A DNA stretch of 64,000 nt from Microcoleus sp. (GTDB lineage: Bacteria > Cyanobacteriota > Cyanobacteriia > Cyanobacteriales > Microcoleaceae), in the NCBI GenBank assembly GCA_042408215.1, contig JAYFMW010000007.1, positions 64,001 through 128,000 on the forward strand. The letters run 5' to 3'. This document shows, in pieces, positions 1 through 10,456 of the stretch. How positions within the stretch are numbered: position 1 is the first letter of the stretch; each line of letters begins with the position of its first letter. Below the pieces are notes generated by a model, which was given only the letters and a program-made list of their open reading frames with translations, was not told the origin of the DNA and searched no databases. A program made the translations under genes and the position numbers.

Positions 1-161
1 TAAAGGGAAGAAAACACGCCCTAGCCGATCGAACTTACAAGCTGAGGGGTGAAAGGTATCGGGGGAAATACCCTACTTGCAACTAAATTTGTTTCCTCTT
101 TCAAATTTAGCAACTAGACCAAATCCCCCAAAACATAAAATTTAGAATTGAATAAAGCACT

Positions 162-192
162 AACCGCCCTTAGATTGAATCTAGGGGCGGTT
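162..192. repeat. Palindromic hairpin (terminator- or REP-like)
   Basis: aaccgccccttagatt-g-aatctaggggcggtt is a near-perfect inverted repeat followed by T residues. Confidence 0.55.
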
Positions 193-255
193 TTGCTGGG
201 GATCAACCCGTTGTGTTTGATAAAATCAGAGGTGTTTCTGACCGGATATATTGTC

Positions 256-371
256 TGTCATGCTGAAAGAAATGTAATGTAGTGAAGTATCTCTGAGATT
301 CTTCGCGACCCTCAGAATGACAGCATTGCATTCAGAATGACAGCATTGCATTCAGAATGACAGCATTGCAT
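256..371. repeat. REP-like element (tgtcatgctga...tcagaatgaca) followed by a 20-bp tandem triplication
   Basis: Inverted ends at 256-266 and 312-322; tcagaatgacagcattgcat x3 at 312-371. Confidence 0.7.
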
Positions 372-403
372 TTTAACTGCAAACATCGCAGAGTGAAATT
401 AAG

Positions 404-3058
404 ATGACAAGCAGCACCAGTATTTTGACTTATTTAGGCCCTCAAGAAATAGAGGCTAATCGAGCCACTGTCTTAGTTGGCAGTTTTGACAAAAATCAAG
501 TCGCGGCCCTGAATGGGACGGCGAGCAATGGAACAGCCCTGAATGTGGCGATAAATCCCTCTACAGGCATTTGGAACATCAGTTTAAACAAAGGATTCGA
601 GCAAGTAGGAACGAGCAGAGTAAAGGTAAAGGCAACTGACAAAACGGGCAAAGTTATCGGCGAAAAAACAATTAACATCAAAGTTAATCCTGCTGCTAAT
701 TCATCGGCTCCATTCACCTTAATTACTCTCGAAGCTACCAAATTTAAAGTAAAAAACGTACCGGAAAAAAATCTCAATCCGCAGCAAAAAGCGGAAGTAC
801 CAGCAGGTAAAACTTATCTTGTTACCGACTACGAATTGGCAGACGGTCACTTAAGTGTAGAACTAAATAATCCAATTTATCCGGTGGGAAAAACTGGTGT
901 TTTTTACGAAAAACACGTACTGCTAACGAAAGGTGCAAAAATTCTCAGATTCGATCCCAGCGACTTGCCCACACCGCCACCGGGAATGCAGTTATTGTGG
1001 GTGAACCAAAAGACCAAGTTGAAGCTCAATCCCTCTGATTCTGCTACTTTAGCGCCGAATCAGAAAGTAGAATTGAGCCAGGGAGAAACTTTCAATATTC
1101 TCGGCTATGCTTGTGTGGAAAATCATTTTCGTGTCACCTTCGATCGGGCAGTTGCTAACTTAGGAAAATCAGGATTTCTTTACTCGCTGCACGTTCAAAT
1201 TTTGCAAAATGGGAGGGAAATTCCGTTTGACAGAAATGCAGTTACAATGACTGTTCTCAAAACTACTGCGTTTAAAAAGCGACCGGTGGATGCGGCAAAT
1301 ATGCAACCGCAAGAAAAAATTACTTTGTCTGCGGGAATGATTTATGGAGTTACCGGATTCTCGATCGAACAAGGTCACATTAAAGTTTCGCTGACCGAAA
1401 ATTTACCTCCCTTTGGTAATACGGGTTTTATTTATCCCGATTTTGTACAGTTTAGCCGCGCTGGTAAATCTTTCAATCCTGCACCGAATTTAACTTATCA
1501 AGGGCCGACAGAGGTTTTGGTGAATCAGGCGATTTCCCTGACAGGTACTTTTGACAAGCAAGAAGCGGTAAAAGTTGACTTAATAGCCGAGGATAAGTTG
1601 CCGCTAAAGGTAACACTAAACCAAACTGCGGGCACTTGGCAAGTAAATTTAGCAACAGGATTTAGCGTGCCTGGATCTCGGTGGTTGCGGCTGCGGGCCA
1701 CTGATAGCAAAGGGAATGTTACTGGTAGCCAAATCATTTATATTACGGTAATTTCTGACCCGCAGACTGTCGGAAAGTCTCTCAGCTTAAAAATACTTTC
1801 TGCTACTTTCTTTAAGGTAGATTCCGTTGATTCTTCCCGGCTGAATAGCCAGCAAAAAGTTCTGGTGACAGCGGGCCAAACTTGGGCGGTTAGCAAGTAC
1901 GGATTTATTGACGGCCATCTCAAGGTGGTTTTGGATGCGGCAATTTCGCCCATCGGCACTTTTGGCTATTTTTACGAACCCGACGTTCAGTTGACCAAAG
2001 GTACGAAAATTCTGAGATTTGACCTAGCCGACGTGCCGAATACAAACGTCAGTGCTCAACTTTTAGTAACTCAAACAACTCAGATTAAAGGCAAACCTCA
2101 AGATTCATCTCAACTCCCTGCAAATCAGGTTGCTGACCTAATTTTAGGCGGCACCTATGCTATCACTGGCTATGCTTGCGTTCTCGGTCATTTTCGGGTA
2201 ACTCTCGCTGCATCTATTCCCGGTTTTGGTAATGTCGGATTTATTTATTGGCGGCACGTTCAAATTAAAAAACAAGGCAAAGAAGTTGTCTTCGACCCGG
2301 ATGCTTTGACAATGATTATCCTGCAACCAACTGTGTTGAAAAAGCGACCAGTTGACAGCGATAAATTGAGTGCTACAGAAAGGACGACGCTGCCTTTAGG
2401 CAGAATTTACGGCGTGGAAAGCTACGGTTTGGAACAAAATCACCTGAAGATTTCTTTGACTGAAGAACTGCCTAATTTTGGCAATACAGGTTATGTTTTT
2501 CCTAATTCTGTTCAGTTCAAGCGGGGATATAAAATTTTCGATCCCGTTCCCAATAATGTGGAATTGAATGTGCCCTATTTTTCGCAGCGTGATAATCCCC
2601 GTTTTGACTGGTCTACTTGCAATGTAACTGCGATCGCGATGGTGCTTTATTACTATGGCGTGAGTTCTAAGTGGGGAGGACAGTTGGAGGATGAGTTATT
2701 GCAGTGGTGTTTTGACTTTGCCGGTCAGGGTTCCCAAACCGATCATAACGTACTGTCGGCACTGATTGAGGCCTACGGGTTTAAGACGAGTTTTAGTGCG
2801 ACTCGCCAATGGGCTGATGTGCGATCGGAATTACTGAATCGGCGGCCAGTAGTTTTAGCTGGAGATTTTACTGCTTCCGGTCATATTATCACCTTAATTG
2901 GCTACAATTCTCAGGGTTATATCGTGCAAGATCCTTGGGGAGATGCACTCACTGGTTACAGCGATACTGAGGGTAGAAAGTTACTTTATCCCTACGGCTA
3001 TATCAATCAAGTCGCCGGGCCAGATGGGAATGTTTGGGCGCATTTTATCTCCCGGTAA
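404..3058 (+). CDS. C39-like cysteine peptidase with repeated N-terminal modules (putative cell-envelope hydrolase)
   Basis: C-terminal LNVPYFSQRDN...TCNVT (Cys)...GHII (His)...VQDPWG (Asp). The N-terminus is two duplicated halves, each with three T.FK..P.DS..L...QK modules. Confidence 0.85.
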   Translation: MTSSTSILTYLGPQEIEANRATVLVGSFDKNQVAALNGTASNGTALNVAINPSTGIWNISLNKGFEQVGTSRVKVKATDKTGKVIGEKTINIKVNPAANSSAPFTLITLEATKFKVKNVPEKNLNPQQKAEVPAGKTYLVTDYELADGHLSVELNNPIYPVGKTGVFYEKHVLLTKGAKILRFDPSDLPTPPPGMQLLWVNQKTKLKLNPSDSATLAPNQKVELSQGETFNILGYACVENHFRVTFDRAVANLGKSGFLYSLHVQILQNGREIPFDRNAVTMTVLKTTAFKKRPVDAANMQPQEKITLSAGMIYGVTGFSIEQGHIKVSLTENLPPFGNTGFIYPDFVQFSRAGKSFNPAPNLTYQGPTEVLVNQAISLTGTFDKQEAVKVDLIAEDKLPLKVTLNQTAGTWQVNLATGFSVPGSRWLRLRATDSKGNVTGSQIIYITVISDPQTVGKSLSLKILSATFFKVDSVDSSRLNSQQKVLVTAGQTWAVSKYGFIDGHLKVVLDAAISPIGTFGYFYEPDVQLTKGTKILRFDLADVPNTNVSAQLLVTQTTQIKGKPQDSSQLPANQVADLILGGTYAITGYACVLGHFRVTLAASIPGFGNVGFIYWRHVQIKKQGKEVVFDPDALTMIILQPTVLKKRPVDSDKLSATERTTLPLGRIYGVESYGLEQNHLKISLTEELPNFGNTGYVFPNSVQFKRGYKIFDPVPNNVELNVPYFSQRDNPRFDWSTCNVTAIAMVLYYYGVSSKWGGQLEDELLQWCFDFAGQGSQTDHNVLSALIEAYGFKTSFSATRQWADVRSELLNRRPVVLAGDFTASGHIITLIGYNSQGYIVQDPWGDALTGYSDTEGRKLLYPYGYINQVAGPDGNVWAHFISR

Positions 3059-3075
3059 TTTACCAGTATTATCGA

Positions 3076-3980
3076 TCCCCCCTAACCCCCCTTAATAAGG
3101 GGGGAAAAGAGCGTTCAAAGTCCCCTAAAAAAGGGGTGGAAAAGAGCGTTCAAACTCCCCTAAAAAAGGGGTGGAAAAGAGCGTTCAAAGTCCCCTAAAA
3201 AAGGGGTGGAAAAGAGCGTTCAAAGTCCCCTAAAAAAGGGGGTGAAAAAGAGCGTTCAAAGTCCCCTAAAAAAGGGGGTGGAAAAGAGCGTTCAAAGTCC
3301 CCTAAAAAAGGGGGAAGAGCGTTTTAAGTCTCCTTAATAAGGGGGAAGAGCGTTTGGGGAGATGCACTCACTGGTTACAGCGATACTGAGGGTAGAAAGT
3401 TACTTTATCCCTACGGCTATATCAATCAAGTCGCCGGGCCAGATGGGAATGTTTGGGCGCATTTTATCTCCCGGTAATTTACCAGTATTATCGATCCCCC
3501 CTAACCCCCCTTAATAAGGGGGGAAAAGAGCGTTCAAAGTCCCCTTAATAAGGGGGAATAGCGTTCAAAGTCCCCTTAATAAGGGGGAATAGCGTTCAAA
3601 GTCCCCTTAATAAGGGGTGGAAAAGAGCGTTAAAAGTCCCCTAAAAAAGGGGTGGAAAAGAGCGTTAAAAGTCCCCTAAAAAAGGGGGTGGAAAAGAGCG
3701 TTAAAAGTCCCCTAAAAAAGGGGTGGAAAAGAGCGTTAAAAGTCCCCTAAAAAAGGGGGTGGAAAAGAGCGTTAAAAGTCCCCTAAAAAAGGGGGTGGAA
3801 AAGAGCGTTAAAAGTCCCCTAAAAAAGGGGTGAAAAATAGCGTTAAAAGTCCCCTAAAAAAGGGGTAAAAAATAGCGTTAAAAGTCCCATTTTTTAGGGT
3901 GGAAAAGAGCGTTAAAAGTCCCCTAAAAAAGGGGGGACAAGAGCGTTTTAAGTCTCATAAAAAAGGGGATTTAGGGGGAT
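3076..3980. repeat. Tandem array of ~29-35 bp palindromic units (aaagtcccctaaaaaaggggtggaaaagagcgtt) interrupted by a gene-tail duplication
   Basis: About 20 near-identical units without unique spacers; array ends cccccctaacccccctt...aaggggatttaggggga are complementary. Confidence 0.9.
3354..3545 (+). repeat. Exact 192-bp duplicate of 2935-3126 (3' end of the C39 gene plus downstream DNA)
   Basis: Direct comparison: ttggggagatgcactcactgg...cccggtaatttaccag...aaagtcccct, offset 419 bp. Confidence 0.92.
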
Positions 3981-4024
3981 AGAGACTCGACTACAAACGA
4001 GAGTACCAGTGGAAACTTTTAATT

Positions 4025-4930
4025 TCAGCTAATCTGGCGCTTCATTTTGCGTTTCGCCGCACCAATACCTAAAATACTAAATCCTGCCAAAGTACCCAGC
4101 CAAGTAGAAGGTTCGGGTACGGCTTCAGAAGACTCTTTTTCAAAGGAGCTTTTAATGGCGATCGCATCATTAGCGCATTCCGCAAAAAAGTTAGCAATAT
4201 AGCTCCCAGAAGGCATGGCAGATTTATCGAAACTGAATCCAATAGTTTGAGAACCTCTAGCATTAAACTGTGCAAAATTCAGGCCAAGAGCGCTCAAAGT
4301 TGCTGGTGTTAGAGAATTAATTTCTCCGACTTTTGTGCCGGTAGCAATTGAGTTGAGAACCGTCCATCTACCTGTTTGTGCAAAGTAGGGGTCATTGGCA
4401 GCTAAATCTCCCGTAGACGGCGTTCCACCTTGAGATTGAACGATGGCGTTATATTGAGCTAGATTCAGAAATCCAGAGTTAGTTTGGGTGACGTTTTTAG
4501 CAGTAACTTTGCTGTAAACGCCTGTTGTGGCTACGCTTGAGTCATTTCCTTCTGCAAAGCGGATACCAAATAAGCTACCGTTTGCGTTAGCTGTGTTGAA
4601 GTTTTGACCGGAAAAGTTGAAGAATAAATCGCCGTAGTTGATGTTGCCTCTTTGAGCTGCGGTTTCAGCAGATCCTGCTAAACTTAGATTGGAGTTGATC
4701 GCGATGAAAGCGGTATCCGATGTTTCTTTGACGGCGATGCCATAAAATTCAAATTCGCCGCCGCCGATTTGAGAGCCTGTCACGCTATCGTTGAAGGAAT
4801 CGATCGCATAATTCCAGCCGTTAGATAGGGTTGCTGCGGCAGCTTTTGGTTGGTGTACAGTGACAATTGCACAAACAACAGCAGCGGAGTAAATCCAGTA
4901 GATGGTGTTTTTGGGAAGTGAATTCATCAA
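4025..4930 (-). CDS. PEP-CTERM exosortase-dependent surface protein
   Basis: N-terminal signal-like segment ending PKAAAA; C-terminal VPEPS, hydrophobic helix and KRKMKR. Confidence 0.9.
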   Translation of the reverse strand: MMNSLPKNTIYWIYSAAVVCAIVTVHQPKAAAATLSNGWNYAIDSFNDSVTGSQIGGGEFEFYGIAVKETSDTAFIAINSNLSLAGSAETAAQRGNINYGDLFFNFSGQNFNTANANGSLFGIRFAEGNDSSVATTGVYSKVTAKNVTQTNSGFLNLAQYNAIVQSQGGTPSTGDLAANDPYFAQTGRWTVLNSIATGTKVGEINSLTPATLSALGLNFAQFNARGSQTIGFSFDKSAMPSGSYIANFFAECANDAIAIKSSFEKESSEAVPEPSTWLGTLAGFSILGIGAAKRKMKRQIS

Positions 4931-5034
4931 AGCCTCGCTGGGGTATAAGTATTGGGGAATCAGTATTAAAGTACAGTCCTGGACGCAAAAACTGCTTTGC
5001 TACACTATTGGTAGCGGTAAGGTGTGCTGTGCAT

Positions 5035-5399
5035 CACCCTACAGATAGAGTTTATGCGTCCTGGACTAAAAGCATCAACTCTGAGCGATTAGTAATATCA
5101 ATTCCGGTTGCACCGTCAGGTGATGTTGACTGTTGACTGTTGACTGTTGACTGTTGACTGTTGGCTGTTGGCTGTTGACTGTTGATGGTTTGAACAATAC
5201 CGATGCAACGGTCAACGATATTATATCGTTGACCGTTGCATCGGAATGATTTAACCGCAGAGAACACAGAGGACACAGAGGGAGAGAATAGAGATCTGAA
5301 TAATTCCGATGCTACTGGATTTGATATCAGGTGCTCCTAGCCCACCCTACAGATAGAGTTTATGTGTCCTGGACTAACAGGATCAACTCTGAGGGATTA
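5035..5399. repeat. 57-bp direct repeats (5035-5091, 5343-5399) enclosing palindromic repeats and a tgttgac heptamer run
   Basis: caccctacagatagagtttatg(c/t)gtcctggacta...ctctgag(c/g)gatta occurs twice; internal attccggttgcaccg-type motif also seen inverted near 8627. Confidence 0.8.
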
Positions 5400-5542
5400 A
5401 TCAACTGATTTTTGATTTCAAACAGATTAATTTGATGTTAAAAAAGTTGAGCTCATTTAAGTACAGGAACTAGGGCAATATAGCATCAGCCCCGGCGGAG
5501 ATGATATTAATGATTGCTAAAACCCTTAATAGTTAAGCATCT

Positions 5543-5577
<35 letters not shown>

Positions 5578-5857
5578 GGCTAGAGTTGTTCGGACAATTC
5601 CCTGGTCTGAATTGGGAAATCTAATTTTTTAGCAAGTGAATTTTCGCTCTTCTATTAGATCGCAAGCCTGTTTTAAAAAATGATTAGGTTGATTTTAAGT
5701 AAATCATAAATTGTGGCGACTTTTATTAAATTTTGGTAAAGATGTCGGCTCTGATTATTGCTTAAGTAAAATCAATTAACTGAAGCGGTGCAGCAATCCA
5801 GGGAATTTGAGAAATAACTTTTTGTAACTAGGAAGCAGTCCCAAGTTTTAAATTCTG

Positions 5858-6073
5858 TTAACCTATTGCTGACAGTTCGTTGACTATCTTGACTCGTCCT
5901 TTAATTACAGAGCGCAGCAAGCGGTTAAGAGAATTTATGTCTTCGTCTTCGAGAGACTCAGCTAAAATAGCTGCCATCAGACCGTAGCGATCGGCTAGAG
6001 TTAGAGTGCCTGTATCGGTGACTGAGGCAAGTATTTCTGAAATAGCGCCGGGGATAAGTTGAACTAAAAACAT
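5858..6073 (-). CDS. Small conserved-looking cyanobacterial hypothetical protein (~71 aa)
   Basis: MFLVQLIPGAISEILASVTDTGTLTLADRYGLMAAIL...; ATG at 6073 preferred to the longer ORF start. Confidence 0.65.
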   Translation of the reverse strand: MFLVQLIPGAISEILASVTDTGTLTLADRYGLMAAILAESLEDEDINSLNRLLRSVIKGRVKIVNELSAIG

Positions 6074-6317
6074 GAGATTGCCCCTGAATTCTATACTTTC
6101 ATGATCTCTCGTTTTCCTCAACTTGATAGTGACGGTTGTACCGTAGAGAAGGTGATGTTTTGAGGCAAAGTGTGTGACAGCGATCGCTTTAGTTATGCGA
6201 TCGGGTGTGGGCTGACATGGCGATCGCATAACTAGATCATTTTCTGTAGACGATCGTCCCAAAATCTCAAGATTTCCAGAGGTTTTCTGACTTGGTGCGT
6301 GTCTTTACCCATTGGTG

Positions 6318-6332
6318 ATGTAAAAACCGCAT
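6318..6332 (+). promoter_or_regulatory. Putative NtcB (LysR) binding site
   Basis: ATGTAAAAACCGCAT fits AT-N11-AT, centred ~93 bp upstream of the start implied by the adjacent NtcA promoter. Confidence 0.65.
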
Positions 6333-6369
6333 GGTCACTATCCGAAAAATTCATAAAACTCAACATTTT

Positions 6370-6411
6370 GTAAAAATAGCTACGAATATCTACGGTTATG
6401 GGCTTTACATT
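6370..6411 (+). promoter_or_regulatory. NtcA-activated promoter 1 of the nir operon
   Basis: GTA-AAAATAGC-TAC (6370-6383), 22-nt spacer, TACATT (TAN3T) at 6406-6411. Confidence 0.85.
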
Positions 6412-6569
6412 AATTCATAACTAAGGCGCATCGAAAGCCAGCGACCGAATCATCGGTAGCAACTATCACAAAAATAGTTTCGAGACTCGCGATCGCAACG
6501 CCCTGTAAAGCTTAACTGTAAAGCTTAACTGTCAAGCTCACCAACGATGCTTAGAAGAAATGCGATCGA

Positions 6570-6611
6570 GTAACTAAATATACAGTTTTAAATCAGTAAA
6601 CTCACTAAGGT
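6570..6611 (+). promoter_or_regulatory. NtcA-type promoter 2 of the nir operon
   Basis: GTA-ACTAAATA-TAC (6570-6583), 22-nt spacer, TAAGGT at 6606-6611. Confidence 0.7.
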
Positions 6612-6680
6612 TAGCAAAAAATCGCACTTTATGCCCCAAGTCAATAGATCCACGAACCAACCAGCAGCGAGGGTAAACTC

Positions 6681-8555
6681 GTGACCCAAACCATAGAACC
6701 CCAAGCCAGCCTCAACAAATTTGAAAGACTCAAAGCCGAAAAAGACGGTCTCGCCGTCAAAGCCGAACTAGAACAGTTTGCCCAAATCGGCTGGGAAGCA
6801 ATGGACGAGATCGATCGCGATCACCGCCTCAAATGGCTAGGGATCTTCTTTCGGCCAGTCACGCCCGGAAAATTCATGATGCGGCTGCGCCTCCCCAGTG
6901 GCATCATTACCAGCAATCAAACTAGAACCTTAGCAGAAATCGTACAACGCTACGGAGACGACGGCAGCGCCGACATTACCACTAGACAAAACCTGCAACT
7001 GCGCGGCATTCGCATCGAAGACTTAGCGGACATCTTCCGCCGCCTCAAAGAAGTTGACCTCACCAGCGTTCAGTCCGGCATGGACAATGTGAGAAATATT
7101 ACAGGTTCGCCAGTAGCAGGCTTAGACGCGGACGAACTGATCGATACGCGGGAACTGTCTTATCAAGTCCAAGACATGATTACCAACAAAGGTGAAGGTA
7201 ATCCCGCGTTTTCCAATTTGCCGAGAAAATTTAATATTGCGATCGCAGGCTGTCGCGACAACTCAGTCCACGCCGAAATCAACGACATCGCCTTCGTACC
7301 CGCTTATAAAGACGGCAACATTGGCTTCAACGTTTTAGTCGGAGGCTTCTTCTCCGCCAAACGCTGCGCCGCCGCAGTGCCCCTCAACGCCTGGGTAGAC
7401 AAGAGTGACGTTGTAGACCTGTGTGAAGCAATATTAATTGTGTATCGCGATCGCGGCCCTAGAGCAAACCGCCAAAAATCTCGCCTGATGTGGCTGATTG
7501 ACGAACTGGGAATTGAACTATTCCGAGCCTGCGTCGAACAGCAACTGGGTCGCACCTTGCTTCCGGCCGCGCCCAAAGATGAAATCATCTGGGACAAACG
7601 CGACCACATCGGCATCTACGCCCAAAAACAATCAGGATTGAATTATGTAGGGTTGCACGTTCCCGTCGGACGGCTTTCCGCAGCAGATTTATTCGACTTG
7701 GCGAGAATCGCCGACGTTTATGGCAGTGGGGAACTCAGACTCACCGTTGAAGAAAACGTGATTATCCCCAACGTTCCCGACTCGCGACTCGAATCGCTGG
7801 TCACAGAACCGCTGTTGGAGCGTTTTTCCATCGACCCCGCACCCCTAACACGAGCCTTGGTTTCCTGCACCGGTGCGAAGTTTTGCAATTTCGCCCTCAT
7901 CGAAACCAAAAGCCGCTCTGTGGCAATGATTAAGGAACTAGAGGCCCAATTGTCCATACCGAAACCAGTGAGAATTCACTGGACTGGTTGTCCCAACTCC
8001 TGCGCCCAACCCCAAGTAGCAGACATTGGTTTGATGGGGACAAAGGTTCGCAAGAATGGGAAAACTCTCGAAGGTGTTGACATCTATATGGGAGGTACTG
8101 TCGGCAAAGATGCTCATTTGGGTACTTGCGTCCAAAAAAGTATTCCCTGTGAAGACCTGAAACCAGTGCTGCGTCAACTGTTAGTCGATAACTTTGGGGC
8201 TGTTCCCAAAACATCCGGGGATATAGGTTCGCTCAACCGACAACTGCTATTGACTGTTGACGACAGTGAAACGATTCTTCCGGCTGCGAAACCTCAGACA
8301 TCTACTGTCATTTTCGCTCGATCGGGCAAAGAAGTTGCTTGCAGCGAAGATGAATTTATCCTCGATGTTGCCGATCGCGCTGGGATTGAACTTGACAGCA
8401 ATTGCCGATCGGGAAGCTGTGGCACTTGCAAGCAAAAACTTGTAGAAGGCAATGTTGCCTACGATGGGGAACTTGACGCACTCAAGGACATAGAATCAGG
8501 GTTCATTTTAGCTTGCAGCGCGCGGGCGATCGGCCAAGTGTCGATCGACGCCTAA
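6681..8555 (+). CDS. nirA: Ferredoxin-nitrite reductase with C-terminal 2Fe-2S ferredoxin-like domain
   Basis: LNKFE..K.EKDG, TTRQN, NLPRKFN, CTGAKFC...WTGCPNSC siroheme/4Fe-4S ligands; tail CRSGSCGTC...LAC. Confidence 0.95.
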   Translation: MTQTIEPQASLNKFERLKAEKDGLAVKAELEQFAQIGWEAMDEIDRDHRLKWLGIFFRPVTPGKFMMRLRLPSGIITSNQTRTLAEIVQRYGDDGSADITTRQNLQLRGIRIEDLADIFRRLKEVDLTSVQSGMDNVRNITGSPVAGLDADELIDTRELSYQVQDMITNKGEGNPAFSNLPRKFNIAIAGCRDNSVHAEINDIAFVPAYKDGNIGFNVLVGGFFSAKRCAAAVPLNAWVDKSDVVDLCEAILIVYRDRGPRANRQKSRLMWLIDELGIELFRACVEQQLGRTLLPAAPKDEIIWDKRDHIGIYAQKQSGLNYVGLHVPVGRLSAADLFDLARIADVYGSGELRLTVEENVIIPNVPDSRLESLVTEPLLERFSIDPAPLTRALVSCTGAKFCNFALIETKSRSVAMIKELEAQLSIPKPVRIHWTGCPNSCAQPQVADIGLMGTKVRKNGKTLEGVDIYMGGTVGKDAHLGTCVQKSIPCEDLKPVLRQLLVDNFGAVPKTSGDIGSLNRQLLLTVDDSETILPAAKPQTSTVIFARSGKEVACSEDEFILDVADRAGIELDSNCRSGSCGTCKQKLVEGNVAYDGELDALKDIESGFILACSARAIGQVSIDA

Positions 8556-8694
8556 TCACACAATGTGAGATGCGATCGGGACAAACAAAATCGTGTCATT
8601 TTACAGTCAACGGTCAACAGTCAACCATTCCGGTGCAACCGGAATTGAGATCGCATCTCACATAATCTCACAATCCACCAACAATTCAAGACCA

Positions 8695-10017
8695 ATGAGC
8701 AACCTTTCCCGCAGAAAATTCATCATCGCCGCCGGAGCAACAGCAGCCGGCACCCTCCTCGCCCACGGTTGCAGTTCCGGTTCCACCACATCTAGCGCAA
8801 CTCCCAGCGGCGCATCGCCCAGCGCCACCCCAGCCGTCAACATCAACCCCGCCGACGCCCCCGAAGTTACCAAAGCCACACTCGGATTCATCGCCCTCAC
8901 TGATTCAGCGCCCTTAATTATTGCCCAAGAAAAAGGGCTGTTTGCCAAGTACGGCATGAAAGACGTACAAGTTACCAAACAAGCATCTTGGCCAGTTACT
9001 CGCGACAACTTAGAACTCGGTTCCGACAAAGGTGGCATTGACGGAGCCCACATTTTATCCCCCATGCCTTACCAAATGACATTAGGCACTATTACCAAAG
9101 GTAATCAGCCAGTGCCGATGAACATTGTGGCGCGGTTAAATACTAATGGTCAGGCAATTTCCCTCAGCAAAAAATACCTAGATTTAAAAATAGGTACTGA
9201 CAGCAAACCTTTTAAAACAGCCCTCGCCAATGAGAAAGTTCCTATTGCTATGACCTTTCCCGGAGGCACCCACGATTTGTGGATACGGTATTGGCTAGCA
9301 GCCGGCGGCATCAATCCAGATACAGATGTTTCCATCATTCCCATACCGCCGCCCCAAATGGTAGCTAACATGAAATCCGGCAGTATGGAAGCTTTTTGCG
9401 TAGGCGAACCTTGGAATGCTCAGTTAGTTACTCAAAAGGTCGGATACACTGCCTTAGTAACAGGAGAACTGTGGAAAGACCATCCTGAAAAAAGTTTAGC
9501 TTTAAGAGCAGATTGGGTGACAAAAAATCCTAAAGCTACTAAAGCAATTACAATGGCTGTCCTGGAAGCCCAGCAGTGGTGCGACAAGCCAGAAAATCAG
9601 GATGAGATGTGCAAAATCATCTCTCAAGATAAGTGGTTGAAAGTGCCAGTTGCAGACATTATTGGTCGCTCTAAGGGTCAAATTGACTACGGTACCGGTC
9701 GCGTTGAACCCGCCAGTACCGTAGCGATGAAATTCTGGGCTGACAATGCTTCCTATCCCTACAAGAGCCATGATGCTTGGTTCATCACAGAAAATATTCG
9801 CTGGGGTTATATACCGGCAACTACCGACATCAAAGCCACGGTTGACAAAGTTAACCGCGAGGATATTTGGAAAGCAGCAGCGACAGCACTTGGTGTGCCC
9901 GCTGCTCAAATTCCGGCTACCACTTCTCGCGGTGTGGAAACCTTCTTTGATGGTGTGAAGTTTGACCCAGATAAACCAGAAGAATATCTGAAGAGTCTGG
10001 CAATCAAGAAGGCATAA
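8695..10017 (+). CDS. nrtA: Nitrate/nitrite ABC transporter substrate-binding lipoprotein
   Basis: Tat-like SRRKFI, lipobox LAHGC, LGFIALTDSAPL, CVGEPWN; position after nirA; ATG at 8695 preferred. Confidence 0.92.
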   Translation: MSNLSRRKFIIAAGATAAGTLLAHGCSSGSTTSSATPSGASPSATPAVNINPADAPEVTKATLGFIALTDSAPLIIAQEKGLFAKYGMKDVQVTKQASWPVTRDNLELGSDKGGIDGAHILSPMPYQMTLGTITKGNQPVPMNIVARLNTNGQAISLSKKYLDLKIGTDSKPFKTALANEKVPIAMTFPGGTHDLWIRYWLAAGGINPDTDVSIIPIPPPQMVANMKSGSMEAFCVGEPWNAQLVTQKVGYTALVTGELWKDHPEKSLALRADWVTKNPKATKAITMAVLEAQQWCDKPENQDEMCKIISQDKWLKVPVADIIGRSKGQIDYGTGRVEPASTVAMKFWADNASYPYKSHDAWFITENIRWGYIPATTDIKATVDKVNREDIWKAAATALGVPAAQIPATTSRGVETFFDGVKFDPDKPEEYLKSLAIKKA

Positions 10018-10027
10018 TTAGTGAATA

Positions 10028-10103
10028 GTTGACTGTTGACTGTTGACTGTTCACTGTTGACTGTTGATTGTTGACTGTTGATTTTTGACTGTTGATTTTT
10101 GAC
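10028..10103. repeat. STRR heptamer (tgttgac)n
   Basis: Tandem degenerate heptamers. Confidence 0.8.
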
Positions 10104-10174
10104 CAATTCTTAAGTTGAGTGGAGTTGGGGTTTCGTAACGAACTTATTACAAAAAGACCCACCCCAGCCTACCA

Positions 10175-10456
10175 GGGCTGTTTCATTCTCAGGAAAACCA
10201 GAGTTTTGTAGGGGTCGTGCCCCCGTGCCTCCCCCCCCACGAGGGCAATGGTTTGACACTTCGGCTACGCGAGCGTGCGATGGTAGGCGCGTGCGTAGTC
10301 GAACCACGCTTCGCGGCGGTAGGCGCGTGCGTAGTCGAACCATTCCTGAGCGTAGTCGAAGGGCACCAACCGCCGCGGGGGGATTGCCCCTACAGGCATT
10401 TCAGGGATCGGGGCTTTTCTAGGGGAGATTGACCCCTACAAAGAATGAAACAGCCC
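10175..10456. mobile_element. MITE-like composite element between nrtA and nrtB
   Basis: Perfect 15-bp terminal inverted repeats gggctgtttcattct / agaatgaaacagccc, nested tgtaggggtc / gacccctaca, internal gcgtagtcgaa repeats, cccagcctac on both flanks. Confidence 0.65.

Noticed and set aside
3076..3980. Possible CRISPR array
   Set aside because: Units are contiguous with no unique spacers, and no cas genes are present
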